The notes: generated from the letters alone by a model not told the origin. Positions 1 through 11,606 are shown, counted from the stretch's first letter. The stretch is DNA of 64,000 nucleotides from Candidatus Amesbacteria bacterium (GCA_963736875.1 CAVTQH010000004.1:1793-65792); one strand, 5' to 3'. Translations and numbers: made by a program.

Positions 1-640
1 GAAAGTACCTAACCAGATTTATATTCCCTTCCATTTGCCATACATCTGCTTGCGGAGGTATATATATGGAGGATGATTGTGGAGTACTTGTCTTAATCAA
101 CATCATGCAATCGTAGAATTCTCCCCAAACGCTTCTCATCTTATCATCGTAAGAAGCCAAGGGGTTTTTAAATATTGGTAAAAATGATTTTCCAATGTAT
201 AAGAATGTCCCAAAAATATTTATAGAAGTCCAATATGCTAAAGAAACTATACTAAGTTTTACAAGAATATTTTTTTTTATGTTTATAAAAGGTATAAACG
301 TAGAGAGTAACAAGAAATATAGAGTTTGAATACCATAAATATTTATATGAAAATTTGAATATATATAATTGGGAAACTTTATTGACTCTTCAAATATAGC
401 TAAAACATAAACAGTAAATACTATTATCAGAAAAATTAATAATATTTTCTTTTTAGCTAAAGGTTTATTTATTAAAAAAGAAAATATTGTGAATAATGTT
501 AATAACCACTCAATTTTTATATGTGTATATTTATATACGACACCCGGAAATTTTATTATTTCTATAAAAGTTAATAATAAAATTAAAACAAACAACAAAA
601 TATAAAGTAAATAATTTGCACTCCGTTTAAATATTTTCAT
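1..640 (-). CDS. hypothetical polytopic membrane protein (C-terminus runs off window start)
   Basis: ATG at 638-640 (minus strand) opens an uninterrupted reading frame to position 1: MKIFKRSANYLLYILLFVLILLLTFIEII... It is rich in I/L/F/Y and has several hydrophobic segments. It is absent from the ORF track because no stop lies within the window. The region is AT-rich. Confidence 0.4.
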   Translation of the reverse strand, partial: MKIFKRSANYLLYILLFVLILLLTFIEIIKFPGVVYKYTHIKIEWLLTLFTIFSFLINKPLAKKKILLIFLIIVFTVYVLAIFEESIKFPNYIYSNFHINIYGIQTLYFLLLSTFIPFINIKKNILVKLSIVSLAYWTSINIFGTFLYIGKSFLPIFKNPLASYDDKMRSVWGEFYDCMMLIKTSTPQSSSIYIPPQADVWQMEGNINLVRYF

Positions 641-653
641 AAAGTTGAGACGA

Positions 654-1430
654 TTACTTTAAAAATCTGTAAACAAGAATGACAATTTTATCGGCAACTT
701 TATGGATGAAAATTATAAAAGGATTTTTTGTATATCGCTTAATCACATCTGTATCTTCACGGAACTGCTTATCATAGAGGAGGCTACCCTTGGATTTTTT
801 GTGTACTCTGAATTGCGCGAAAGGCTGGTTCGCTCTGCCAGGAAGGCAGCATGCACTACACCTTAACCAATAATCGTAATCCATCACATACTTATATTTT
901 GTATTAAATAAACCAGTTTTTTTAACTAACGTTCTTTTTAAAAATACTGCAGGTTGATTTATGGTGTTAAAAATCAATAAAGCTATATTGTACTTATCAA
1001 CTGGCCATATATGTTTAAACCAAAAAGTCCAGGATAAATTCTTATTGGTTACCAAACAATCTCCTACAACCCACAATCTTTGGGATTGTCCTTAAAATAC
1101 CGGCTAACAGATATAAAAGTACCAGGTAAATAGAAGTCATCGGAATTAATATAGGCAAAGATTTCACCATTAGCCATTTCAATTCCACGATTAATTGCAT
1201 AAGCCTGACCTTTGTCTTTCTTGCTTTGAATAAAATTTTATTCTGGGATTATTCTTTAATTTATTTTCTGTATTTTTTAGAATTTCCACTGAATTATCAG
1301 AGGAGCCTCCGTCTATTACAAAATACTCAATCTCGAAATCCCCATCTTGGCTAATAACACTGTCTATCGTTTCTTGAAGATACGTCCCCTGATTAAATGA
1401 AGGAGTAATGATGGAAAACTTCACGTACAT
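654..1430 (-). CDS. family 2 glycosyltransferase, interrupted by >=2 apparent frameshifts
   Basis: N-terminal ORF 1191-1430 has the GT2 signature IITPSFNQGTYLQETIDSVISQ...VIDGGSSD. C-terminal ORF 654-1076 has DYDYWLR. An intermediate frame reads ...AYAINRGIEMANGEIFAYINSDD. The shifts sit at an A/T run near 1235 and near 1085. Confidence 0.55.
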
Positions 1431-1479
1431 ATTCTAGCAGTTTTCCTATACGAAAGTTCATAATGTAAAATAAGAACTG

Positions 1480-1764
1480 ATGTCTTTGATGCTGCTGTTG
1501 TGTGTATTCTTGATTTCCGGTTTTGCGTTTTCTTTTTCTGCTTCTAGCGTTTTCCAAATTCTTTTTTATGTAGTTTCTCTTGTAATAGGTTACTTTTGCC
1601 TAAGTAAGAAAAAAGAGTATCGGAAAATACTGTTCATAGTTGTTTTATTCGGAGGAGTAATCAGCCTCATTATTATTTGCTCGAGTCGGCAAATTATGAC
1701 AATTTTGTTTTTTCCCATTTCCACTTTTTCCCGCAACACCTGTCGGTTGTTGTCGGTTTTCTGA
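1480..1764 (+). CDS. small hydrophobic protein, possibly a fragment of a degraded membrane-protein gene
   Basis: 94-aa ORF with two predicted TM segments. It is followed (1770-2060) by mutually overlapping short ORFs on both strands, so its coding status is uncertain. Confidence 0.25.
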   Translation: MSLMLLLCVFLISGFAFSFSASSVFQILFYVVSLVIGYFCLSKKKEYRKILFIVVLFGGVISLIIICSSRQIMTILFFPISTFSRNTCRLLSVF

Positions 1765-2055
1765 CCGGGTTGTATGTTTTGTCCCGGATGGCCAAACAAC
1801 ACCTGCCGTTGTCTTGTCGCTCCTGGTCGTAATCGCCTTCGGTTTTGCCGGAGTAACCGAAGCATCCGCTACAGCTGTAGCCAATTTGGGTTTTTGGCTT
1901 TATTCCCCCAAAGTATTGCAGACAGGGCAGTGGCTGAAATATACGGAAACGATCTGGAGTTTATTAATTTTATTAAAGATTCCACTCCGGACAATTCCTG
2001 AATTGTCATCCCGCCCGCTTACCCGGGGCGCCGGCATACAGCGGATATCTGGCTG

Positions 2056-2319
2056 ATGTCATCATTTTTGTATCCCAGAAAAATTACCGCCTATTTTCCG
2101 GGTATGGATTTATCCAAGTTTGATTATGTGGTGATCACTTCGGAGTTCGACACGGAGCAAAAGCAGGGACAAACCTGGCCTGATTTTGATATCGGGAATG
2201 CCAGCGTGGTAATTTATGATTGGGATAACGATACGGGGGTGAAAATACCGGGAATAGGTTATAGCTTTAAAAACATCTCTGCCGTACCCGTATGGGGATT
2301 TATTTCCATGAATAAATAA
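2056..2319 (+). CDS. hypothetical protein fragment
   Basis: 87-aa ORF. Its composition resembles the soluble C-terminal parts of the GT-C-like proteins in this locus. It may be the tail of a frameshifted gene spanning 1480-2319. Confidence 0.2.
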   Translation: MSSFLYPRKITAYFPGMDLSKFDYVVITSEFDTEQKQGQTWPDFDIGNASVVIYDWDNDTGVKIPGIGYSFKNISAVPVWGFISMNK

Positions 2320-2321
2320 CT

Positions 2322-3550
2322 ATGTATATTTTAGCCATCCTGAGCGTCTTTATTTTAGGCTGGTGCATAACCGGATTATTTCTTAAATCCGGTGATTTTT
2401 ATGAAAAACTTGGATTAAGTTTCCTCTCAGGTTTGCAGTGTTTTACCCTGGTGTTATTTATAGTCAATTACTTTTTCGGACTGCGCCTTGATTTGACCGG
2501 CAGCTGGTTGGTGATGCTCGTTCTGATTCTGGTACTTGTACCGTTTTCCTTGCGTCACCTGCGTTTCCAACTGCCCGTCTTTAAGCTTCCCGGATCTGCA
2601 TGGCAAAAATTGTTTTTATCCATCCTGGTAATACTGGCCGGATCAAGTCTGCTGGTCTCTTTCTGGAAACCGGTTGTTGACTGGGACGCTGTTACTATGT
2701 TCGATTACCGGGCAAAAATCATTTTGGATACGGGTTGGATTAAAGACACGCTTGTCCGGGATTCTATTGTTTCCTATCCGCTTTTACCTCCCTTTCGCAT
2801 TTTTGGCTGAGTACAAACGGCGCTTCCACTTCCATGCCGTTGTATCCGCTTTTGTATATTTCGTTTCTGCTGGTTTCATACTCTCTTTTAAAACGGGTAC
2901 TGCCGTCTTCCTGGGTATTGCCCGGCCTTTTGTTTTTGGCTACCGCTCCCAAAATGTTCGACCAGTCACTGATTGCATATGCAAACCTTCCGTATACGGT
3001 TTATTTGTTATTAGGTGCGGCTTATTTATATTTCTGGACAAAAACCAAAAATAAATCAGATCTGATTCTGGGAATATTATTAAGTTTGCTTAGTCTCTGG
3101 GTAAGGAGTTTCCCGTTTGCCATTGCCAATATTGTTTCAGTTTTGCTGGTATATCCTAAAACCCGAAAAACAACGCTGATATTCGGCTGTATCACCGGCT
3201 TGGTGATGGCTTATTATTTTTGGCCGATTAACCTATCCAGGGTGATTGCCACACTCGATTTTACCAAGTGGGCAGTTTTTGATTATTACTTTCCCTATAC
3301 CTGGGTATTTATTTTTCTTATAGCACATTCAATAATTTCGCGATCTAAAAATAATTACTGGTTAATTACGATTATTCTGTATTTTTTAATTTATATTGAA
3401 GGAAATTATTATTATTCAGGTATTAATCCGGATTTCGCCGGGATTCCAGACGCTGCCCAGCGGATGACGATGTTTCTCAGCCCTTCTATCCTATGGTTCT
3501 TTTATACTTATATAGCAGAAAATAAGAATGCCTTAATAAAAGGTATTTAA
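2322..3550 (+). CDS. integral membrane protein (~400 aa), apparent frameshift near 2800-2840
   Basis: ORFs 2322-2810 and 2834-3550 are both strongly hydrophobic with multiple TM segments and are contiguous. A third frame (2674-3054) bridges them. Confidence 0.4.
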
Positions 3551-4385
3551 TATGCCGAAAATTGTAGCCCATACTCTGGTCAAGAACCGAAGCCCGGTGG
3601 ATCTGGTTTGCACTCAGATCAGTTATTGATCATGTCGACGAGATAATGGTATGGGATACCGGTTCAGACGATTCGACCCCGGAAATTGTTAAGTCTATCG
3701 ACTCCCCGAAAATAAAATTCAAACAAATCGGTAAGGTTGACGCCGCCGGTCACACTGCAGCCCGCCAAAAGATGCTAAATCAAAGTGATTGCGACTGGAT
3801 ATTGATTCTGGACGGCGATGAAATCTGGTACAAAGACTCTTTGGCTGCCTGCTGTGAACTCATAACTCATAACCCATCGCTGTCAGCTGTCATTTCATCC
3901 GTTTATAAATGTGGTGGGGGACATCTACCACTATCAGGATCCCAAACGCAGCCGGTATCAACATCGGCAAATACCGCGGAACATTCAACTTGAGATTTAT
4001 TAACCGGAAAATTCCCGGTTTGCATGTAACCAATCCCCACGGCCGTCAGGAATACAGGGATGAAAATGAAATTTCCCTGCAGAATTTACCCCAGGATAAA
4101 CTTCAGTTGGTCAACTCTCCCTACCTGCATACCACACATCTTCCCCGGTCGCTTTCCAAAAAAACAGATGTTCAAACCCTAAAACGCAGTTTTAAATTTA
4201 AATATGAATTAGGCAGTCGTTTTCCTGCAGATTTTGTATATCCGGAAGTATTTTATCTTCCCAGACCGGATATAGTTCCCGATCCCTGGATACATCAGGG
4301 AACTGAATATCTAGCAAAAAGCCTGATTTTCGAACCCGTAAGAATCGTAAAGAATTTAGTTTCCGGGCAAAAGAGCGGATATTAA
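3551..4385 (+). CDS. family 2 glycosyltransferase, >=2 apparent frameshifts
   Basis: ATG at 3551 gives MPKIVAHTLVKN. A shift near 3595 restores IWFALRSVIDHVDEIMVWDTGSDDST...ILILDGDEIW (DxD-type GT2 motifs) in ORF 3646-3993, which continues in ORF 3909-4385. Confidence 0.55.
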
Positions 4386-5031
4386 ATGAATTATTACCAA
4401 ATATCCAAAAAAGCCAGCTCGGAAATCGGAAATCACGAGGGACTTTTGTATTTGAAAGATCTCTGCCGAAACGCCAAAAATTTTGGATGTGGGTTGCGGG
4501 GAGGGGACCAGGTTAAACACTTTATTGCCTGAAGGCTCCAGGGGATGGGGTGTAGATATATCCGACGAAGCTATCAGGCTGGCTAAAAAACAGTACCCAC
4601 GACACTATTTCAAAAATGGGGCAGGGGAGAATCTTCCATATCCGGATGCAAATTTTGATCTGGTTTATTCTGCATTTGCCATAGAACACTGTGCAGATCC
4701 GGAAAAGTTTATCAAAGAGATGGTTCGGGTATGCCGGCCGGGCGGACATATAGTGATTTTGGCTCCAAACTATGGTGCACCCGGAAGGCGCAGCCCGGTC
4801 TCAACCGAAAATCCCTACAACAAATTATTCGAAGGGTTGCTAAAAGATGTTTTTCCCTATCCGGGTCTTGACTGGCGCCGGGTGATTCCCCGTACCGAAT
4901 ACAACAGAGCCGACGACGACACAACCTTTGAACCCTATCTGAAATCCCTGGTCTATTTTTTAAAAAAATCGGATTATCCATCGATAAATACTCATCGTTG
5001 TGGTCATTGGAACCCAACGATACGAATTTAA
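4386..5031 (+). CDS. class I SAM-dependent methyltransferase (frameshift at A5 run near 4468)
   Basis: ATG at 4386 (MNYYQISKK...LKDLCRNAKN) then shifts into ILDVGCGEGTRLN...VDISDEAIRLAKK...GGHIVILAPN (motif I GxGxG plus a Methyltransf_11-like fold). Confidence 0.55.
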
Positions 5032-5120
5032 GAAAATCAGTCATTAGAAAATCAGGTCAATCAGGAATTTGGCCTTTCGAATTCTGGGGTCCGCAGATTT
5101 TTGTTTCGGCTGTAAAATAA

Positions 5121-5793
5121 TCTAAGTATAGAGAATTATTCTCCAAAAGTTATTGCTCGATCAAACCCGGAGAAAAGGTTTTAGATGTGGGGGGAAGTAT
5201 GAAACAACTGGAACATATTCAGGTGGATACATTAGTCGACATTATCCATCCCGATGACTCCAGATATAACCTAGTCGGTCTACTCGCCCGCAACTTTGTC
5301 CGCCTGGACATCGAATCCGATCCGTTTCCTTTTCGGGATAAAGAATTCGATGTCTGTATATGTTCCCACACTCTGGAAGACCTGCACCACCCCTTCCTTG
5401 TTATTCAAGAAATGGCCAGGGTTGCCAAAAGAGGGGTAATTATCACTCCTAGTCGGGGTAAGGACAGCGAATTCGGACCGGTTAATTTTATTAATTGGGG
5501 GACAGGATCACGCCGGGTCCCAGGTCTAGCTCATCATTTGTGGTTTTTTGAGGTAAAAGGGGGATCAACTGGTGGTTACACCTAAAAATTATCCCCTGCT
5601 TCACTCCTCAAGGATACAATTTATCCGGTGGTTGGGGGAAACTGAATGTGTTTACCTGTGGCAGAAAAAAATACATCTGGTCTATGATCGGAACCTGAAT
5701 CTTGATTTTCCCAGCCTAATTTCCAACTATCGGCAGTTTATGGCTGCGAATCTTGGGATAAAATTAATAAGGGAAGGGCGGTGTTTTACATAG
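5121..5793 (+). CDS. SAM-dependent methyltransferase-like protein (frameshift near 5575)
   Basis: Frame contains ...GEKVLDVGGSMKQLEHIQVD...FDVCICSHTLEDLHHP...AKRGVIITP (Methyltransf_11-like). ORF 5572-5793 continues the C-terminus. Confidence 0.45.
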
Positions 5794-5856
5794 ACAATCC
5801 CTTAAGATATTTTTTAGAATATGCCAAACAGTTATTCAGCTTTCTAAAAAAGTAGG

Positions 5857-6830
5857 ATGAAAGTTTTCTTAAGTTTTTTCAACGGTTTGTCCAATCGGGG
5901 AGCGGAAACTTTTGTGCATGAGTTGGCTTCAGGCCTTTCCCGGGATTTCCGGGTAAGCGTTTACCAAAACGGTAAACCCGATTCAAGTTTGCCCTATGAG
6001 GTCAAATTCTTACCGTCTCTTTACTCACTTCCCCGCTTTGAACCCTATCCTGATATCATTATTCCCGTAAACGGCCGGATGCAAAGTGTTTTAACCCGTA
6101 TTTGGGCTTTGACTCACAATGCCAAAGTGATAATTTCCGGCCAGTCGGGAATCGGATTTGATGACCGGCTAAACCTGCTGACTTTTCCCGATGCTTTCGT
6201 AGGTTTTACCGATTATCAATGCTCCTGGGCCGGGAAAGCCAACCCGCTGGTGAAAATTGTCAAAATTCCTGACGGAGTGAATTTAGAAAAATTTAATCCC
6301 GGAGTCCCTCCCCAGAAAATCGACTTACCCCGTCCGATTATCATGTACACGGCCGCCCTGGAAAAGATAAAACGCTGTGATTTACTGATTGAAGCAGTCA
6401 GTCTGACCCAGGCTTCGCTATTAATCGTCGGGAAAGGGAGTCTTGAAGATTCGATTTCCGCTCTGGGACAGCAAAAACTCGGGTCAAAAAGATTCCAGAT
6501 AATATCAGTTCCCTACACGCAAATGCCGGAAATATACACGGCCTGCGATCTGTATGCATATCCGACCTCACCCTGGGAGTCTTTTGGTCTGTCTATATTG
6601 GAAGCGATGGCCACTGACCTTCCGGTAGTAGCCACGGATGACCCGATCCGCCGGGAAATCGTGGAAAGGCGGGAAAATTTGCCGATCCGCAAAATCCGTC
6701 TGCGTTTGCCGCCCAAATTAATCTGGCGCTGAAGACCAAGTGGGGAAATTTGCCGCAAAAGCAGGCCCAATCGTATTCCTGGGATAAAATAGTTAATAGT
6801 TACTCAAAACTGATTCAGAAGCTATCCTGA
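5857..6830 (+). CDS. GT4-family glycosyltransferase (frameshift at GGGAAAA near 6670)
   Basis: GT4 C-terminal motif ESFGLSILEAMATDLPVVAT. After the shift the native tail reads GKFADPQNPSAFAAQINLAL...SYSKLIQKLS*. Confidence 0.6.
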
Positions 6831-6836
6831 AATCTT

Positions 6837-7589
6837 ATGCAGGTATCAGTCGCCATAATTGCCCGTGACGCTCAAAAGTTTTTACCCAAATGCCTTGACA
6901 GCATCAGGAACCTTTCCGACGACATTGTGGTGGTTATCGACAAAAGAACAACCGATACCACCCCCCAAATTGCCAAGCAATTCCAAGCCGGGGTTTTTTA
7001 CCGTGATTTTGACGATTTCGCTTCACAGAAAAACTATGCGGTTTCCCAAACCAGGTACAACTGGGTGTTGTCGCTGGATGCTGATGAAACAGCTTCCGAA
7101 GGTTTGGTTAAAGCCATCAAAAATCTGCCGGCGATACCGGTTTTTTCAAATTACAGGATCCCCCGCCAAAACCTGATTTTCGGAAAACTTATTAAATACA
7201 CAAACTGGGATCCTTACGGGTTAATCAGGTTATTTGATAAAAGGGAAGGCCGCTGGGAGGGTGAAGTCCACGAGGAAATCGTTTCAACCGGTCAAAGCGG
7301 ACGCCTTTTCGACCCCATTTATCACGATAACTACCGGAGTGTGGATGAGTTTATGACCCGGCAGGATGGTTATTCATCCAGGCAGGCTGATAGATTGTTT
7401 AAACAGGGGACAAAATTCAGTTTTATGCAGTTCCTGTGGCAGCCGAAATTGGATTTTTTACGCCGTTACATTATCCATACCGGCTTTTTTGACGGCTGGC
7501 ATGGGTTATTTTTGAGCTACCTGATGGCGATTTATCATTTTTCGGTGTGGATAAAGCTGTGGCAAAAATATCAAAAAGCCTCCTCCTGA
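6837..7589 (+). CDS. family 2 glycosyltransferase (KdtX/WaaE-like)
   Basis: Intact 250-aa ORF: VSVAIIARDAQKFLPKCLDSI...DIVVVIDKRTTDTT...LSLDADE. It is a paralogue of the ORF at 54724-55485. Confidence 0.7.
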   Translation: MQVSVAIIARDAQKFLPKCLDSIRNLSDDIVVVIDKRTTDTTPQIAKQFQAGVFYRDFDDFASQKNYAVSQTRYNWVLSLDADETASEGLVKAIKNLPAIPVFSNYRIPRQNLIFGKLIKYTNWDPYGLIRLFDKREGRWEGEVHEEIVSTGQSGRLFDPIYHDNYRSVDEFMTRQDGYSSRQADRLFKQGTKFSFMQFLWQPKLDFLRRYIIHTGFFDGWHGLFLSYLMAIYHFSVWIKLWQKYQKASS

Positions 7590-8974
7590 TTTTAATTTTG
7601 GGTTTCGGCCTGAGGCTTGTTAATCTCGGGCAGAGTTTTTGGCTGGACGAAGCTTCCCAGGCAGTCATGTCCTCCCAATCCGTAGCCTCGATCTGGTCCG
7701 GCCGGGGAAGCGACTTTCATCCGCCGTTGTATTATCTGCTTATTCATTTCTGGGAACTTTTCGGCCGGAGTGAAACTTGGCTTCGCCTGCCCTCGGTTCT
7801 TTTCGGGGTAGCCAATTTATATCTGGTATACCTTCTGGCAAATAGGTTATTACCTGATTTAAAACTGAAAATCCGCAACCGGTCATTTTCTGCGGGAGAG
7901 GTATCAGCCTTCCTTCTGGCCATCAATCCCTTTCATATCTACTATTCCCAGGAATTCCGGTCTTATATGCTTCTGTGTTTTTTAGGCACCTTGGCGGTAT
8001 ATTTACTGCACCTTCGCCGTTTTTGGTGGCTGGCTGCGGTAAATGCCCTGTTGTTTTATACCCATTATTCCTCAGTTCCTTTGTTTTTGACCCAGTTTTT
8101 GTATATTCTGCTTTACGACAAACGCGATCTGAAGCGGTTTATTACCTCCGGACTGCTTTTTGTAATTCTTATTTTACCCTGGATGCCGGAGCTCGTGAAA
8201 CAAATGTCATCAGGCATCAATATCGACAGCTATCTCCCCGGCTGGAGGCAGGTTTTAAGTCTTTCGCCCCTTAAAGCTCTGCCGGTAACGTTGTTTAAAC
8301 TGGTAGCCGGCCGGATTAATTTCATTTCCACCATTGTTTACTTAACCTACATCATCTTTGTTTTCGCAGTCGTATTTCTGGCTTTCAGGGCGGTTAAATT
8401 TCAGCGCCGTTTTTTGTTTACTCTGGCGCTGACCCCGATAATTCTGATGATTCTTATTTCTTTTGTATTTCCCCAAAATCAGCCTTTCAGGGTAATTTAT
8501 ATCCTGCCGGTACTGATGATTATTTTTGCCCAGGCCTGCCTGAAATTTCCCAAACTTTTCCTGACTTTATTTATTTATATCGCCCTGGTCGGAAATCTGG
8601 CTTATTTTACCCGCCCCAGGCTGCAGCGTGAACAGTGGCGCCAGGCTATAGAATTTCTGGCCGGCCGTTATTCTGACACCGCTTCTATTGTGGTCAAATT
8701 TTCCGACAAATTCTCACCTTTCTATTGGTACAATCCGCAACTTCCGGTAATCGCTTCCGTGCATGGTTATCCCGCCCGTTCAGCTCAAGTGGCATCCTCC
8801 CTGTCTTCCCTGCCCTTAAACGGCGTAAAAACAGTCTTTTTATTGGATTATCTGGGCGATTTGACTGATCCCAACCGGGAAGTCGACAGGGTGATCATGG
8901 ATTTGGGATATACCAAGGAGAAAACATTCAATTTCGAAGGTGTCGGATTTATTCACCTGTATCATCGGCTATAA
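7547..8974 (+). CDS. GT-C fold membrane glycosyltransferase (GT39/ArnT/PMT-like)
   Basis: 475-aa polytopic protein. The first extracytoplasmic loop has the GT-C-type acidic motif FWLDEASQ and HPPLYYLLIHFW, followed by many TM helices. Confidence 0.6.
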   Translation: MDKAVAKISKSLLLILILGFGLRLVNLGQSFWLDEASQAVMSSQSVASIWSGRGSDFHPPLYYLLIHFWELFGRSETWLRLPSVLFGVANLYLVYLLANRLLPDLKLKIRNRSFSAGEVSAFLLAINPFHIYYSQEFRSYMLLCFLGTLAVYLLHLRRFWWLAAVNALLFYTHYSSVPLFLTQFLYILLYDKRDLKRFITSGLLFVILILPWMPELVKQMSSGINIDSYLPGWRQVLSLSPLKALPVTLFKLVAGRINFISTIVYLTYIIFVFAVVFLAFRAVKFQRRFLFTLALTPIILMILISFVFPQNQPFRVIYILPVLMIIFAQACLKFPKLFLTLFIYIALVGNLAYFTRPRLQREQWRQAIEFLAGRYSDTASIVVKFSDKFSPFYWYNPQLPVIASVHGYPARSAQVASSLSSLPLNGVKTVFLLDYLGDLTDPNREVDRVIMDLGYTKEKTFNFEGVGFIHLYHRL

Positions 8975-8983
8975 TTCATACGT

Positions 8984-10075
8984 ATGCGTATCGGTATTGA
9001 TGTGTCCCAGGCAATTTTCGGAACCGGTGTGGCAGACTACACCATTGATCTGGTCCATGCTTTAAAGACTGCCGATCCGACCAACTCATATTCTCTTTTT
9101 GGATCTTCGATGAGGAGGGGAGGGGATATCCGCAGGCTTTTCCCCAAAGCCCGGATTTTTCGCCTTCCGCCCATGTTTTTGCATTACATGTGGAATTATC
9201 TGCATGTGGTAAATATCGAGAATTTCATCGGTCAGGTGGATGTTTTTCACTCTTCAGACTGGACCCAGCCTCCGGTTTCCTGCCCGGCCATAACCACGGT
9301 CCACGATCTCTCACCATTTTTATATCCCCAGGAGATGCAAAGCGGGGTTTTCAGAAACATTACCCAGGTACATGCCGCCAGAATGAATTGGGTGGTTAAA
9401 GAATGCGCCAAAATTATCTGCGTCTCCCAAAGTACTGCTTATGAGTTGGAAAATATTTTCAAAATCCCCTCATCACGTCTGGCGGTTATTCCTGAAGCCC
9501 TGCCCACCCGCTTTTCTTTCCATCCCAACGCCAAAGACATTACAAACGTCAAAAATCAATATCATTTGACCGATTACAGTCTGGCCATCGGTACTCCGCA
9601 GCCGCGGAAAAACATTTCCCGGCTGGTTAAAGCTTATTTAAACTTTTCCGCCAAATATCGTTTACCGGAAAAACTGGTAATTGTCGGCGGTCACGGATGG
9701 GGAGTAACCGATATCCCTACCGATCCGCGGATCGTCCTTACCGGCTACATTCCTGATCTGGCGCTGTCATCTCTTTTGGCCGGAGCCAAAGCGCTGGCTT
9801 TTCCCTCTCTTCATGAGGGTTTTGGTTTACCGATTCTGATGGCCTTTTATCATCAGATTCCCGTGGTCACTTCAAATCTTTCATCCATGCCCGAAGTCGC
9901 CGGAAACGCGGCAATTCTGGTAGATCCCAAAGACGAGGAATCCATCGCCCATGGCCTGGAAAAAGCCGTCAAGAACCGGCTTAGCCTCGTCAAAGCCGGG
10001 AACCTGCGTCTGAAAGATTTTTCCTGGGATCAAACCGCACGCCGGACATTAATGGTTTACAGTCAATTGTGCTGA
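8984..10075 (+). CDS. GT4-family glycosyltransferase
   Basis: Intact 363 aa. MRIGIDVSQAIFG... N-terminus and C-terminal EGFGLPILMAF. Confidence 0.7.
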   Translation: MRIGIDVSQAIFGTGVADYTIDLVHALKTADPTNSYSLFGSSMRRGGDIRRLFPKARIFRLPPMFLHYMWNYLHVVNIENFIGQVDVFHSSDWTQPPVSCPAITTVHDLSPFLYPQEMQSGVFRNITQVHAARMNWVVKECAKIICVSQSTAYELENIFKIPSSRLAVIPEALPTRFSFHPNAKDITNVKNQYHLTDYSLAIGTPQPRKNISRLVKAYLNFSAKYRLPEKLVIVGGHGWGVTDIPTDPRIVLTGYIPDLALSSLLAGAKALAFPSLHEGFGLPILMAFYHQIPVVTSNLSSMPEVAGNAAILVDPKDEESIAHGLEKAVKNRLSLVKAGNLRLKDFSWDQTARRTLMVYSQLC

Positions 10076-10078
10076 ATA

Positions 10079-11593
10079 ATGTCCAGGTTAGATAAAATTT
10101 TTGCGAACCGGATTACCAAATGGTCGATTGTTTTTGTGGGACTGGCAGTATTTGCCATAGGAAATTGGTTTTTTAGAACCTTCATGACCAATTTTGATGA
10201 GCGGGATCATATTGCGGCCGGTTATCTAATGTCAAAAGGTTGGGTTTTATACAAAGATATTTTTTCTCATCATTTTCCACTCCCCTATTACTGGGTTAAA
10301 TTCTGGGATTTCCTGTGGGTAAACCAGCTGCCCTTCCGGGGAATAGCCATGTTCCGGTCCACCCTGACCATCTTTTACCTTTTCTGTTCACTTCTGGTGA
10401 TTATTAATCTGAAAAAGTTTTCAAACATTTTGGTATTTCTGGTATTCTTAATCAGCTTAATTCCTTTGTTGCCTCTATTCCACGGAAACATCCTGCTTTC
10501 AGAATCGTTTGCTTTTTTTCCGCTGCTGATGATAATTTGGATAGCTTTTTCCGGCTTAAATAACGATATAAAAATATCCCCTTGGCCGGCAATTTCCAGC
10601 GCAATCCTCTGTTCATTCAGCTTTTGGTCCCAACCCTTACTAATTCCCGTATTTCTTTTACCCGTATTTTATTTGAATAATTACAGGAAATTGTTTATTC
10701 AATTATCAGCTTTAACGATAATCACCCCGTTACTGATTTTCTTTCTGAACGGCTCTCTGAATAACTTTATTTCCATGGGTGTGATATTTAACCTGAAAAT
10801 ATATCCCCGTTACTACACTGATATTGAAGGTATTAAACCGGGATTGTCGAATATAATCCAAAAAATAATTGAAAACCAGACCTTGCTGACGCTAAAGATT
10901 AATATCCAAAATATTGTTCTTAACTCTCAACAAATCGGAAGCTGGGTATTGGTTATAACAGCATTGCTTTTACTGATTAAAAAAAATCTGAAATATTTAA
11001 TACTTTTACTGATCTCAATTGCTTTGGTCAGAATCAGAGAAGTAAAAATAAATCCGGGAGAACTGTTTAATTTTGGAATATTGCCCTACATGATGCTCAT
11101 TAATTTAGTATTTATGGCTTTAATTTACAGAATAAAAAAGAACCTAAAATTATTAGTGATCTTACCTTTTATGTTATATTTGTTCTTCTTGCTTAAGGCT
11201 GCAGAACCGATAATCAGACAATCGTCCATCCCCGGGTATAACTATCATGTATTTTGGAGTGATAGACAGGCAATCGGTCAGGAAATTAATAGTCTGATTA
11301 AAAACAATGACAAAATATTAATTTATCCTCATGATGTGGATTTATACTACTTTGCCAAAAGGACACCCCCGGATAAATTTTTGTATTGGTTTCCCTGGAT
11401 AAACGAAGTGGCAGCCTACAGGCAGGAGAGAGAACAATCAATCTCAAATAAGGTACCCAAAGTAATATATCTCGGTGACATGAAATTTAAAAACAATCCT
11501 AATTTCTACCAGGATATGTGGCCAAATATAACATCAGGGTACTCTCAAGCCACAACTGAAGGGAAATATAGCGGCATTTGGTCTAAAATATAA
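10079..11593 (+). CDS. large integral membrane protein, possible GT-C-like glycosyltransferase
   Basis: 504 aa with about 10 or more hydrophobic segments. It has an N-terminal loop with DERDH and a soluble C-terminal domain. No firm family signature was recognised. Confidence 0.4.
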   Translation: MSRLDKIFANRITKWSIVFVGLAVFAIGNWFFRTFMTNFDERDHIAAGYLMSKGWVLYKDIFSHHFPLPYYWVKFWDFLWVNQLPFRGIAMFRSTLTIFYLFCSLLVIINLKKFSNILVFLVFLISLIPLLPLFHGNILLSESFAFFPLLMIIWIAFSGLNNDIKISPWPAISSAILCSFSFWSQPLLIPVFLLPVFYLNNYRKLFIQLSALTIITPLLIFFLNGSLNNFISMGVIFNLKIYPRYYTDIEGIKPGLSNIIQKIIENQTLLTLKINIQNIVLNSQQIGSWVLVITALLLLIKKNLKYLILLLISIALVRIREVKINPGELFNFGILPYMMLINLVFMALIYRIKKNLKLLVILPFMLYLFFLLKAAEPIIRQSSIPGYNYHVFWSDRQAIGQEINSLIKNNDKILIYPHDVDLYYFAKRTPPDKFLYWFPWINEVAAYRQEREQSISNKVPKVIYLGDMKFKNNPNFYQDMWPNITSGYSQATTEGKYSGIWSKI

Positions 11594-11606
11594 TTCAGAT
11601 ATCAAT

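Noticed and set aside
1590-2056. Cluster of mutually overlapping 75-91 aa ORFs on both strands
   Set aside because: The frames are incompatible and have Arg/Pro-rich, non-protein-like composition. It is probably a decayed or indel-ridden remnant rather than several genes.
6859-7176. 105-aa alternative-frame ORF inside the GT2 gene 6837-7589
   Set aside because: It is fully embedded in an intact GT2 with clear motifs. The Pro/Ser/Thr-rich product is a frame artefact.
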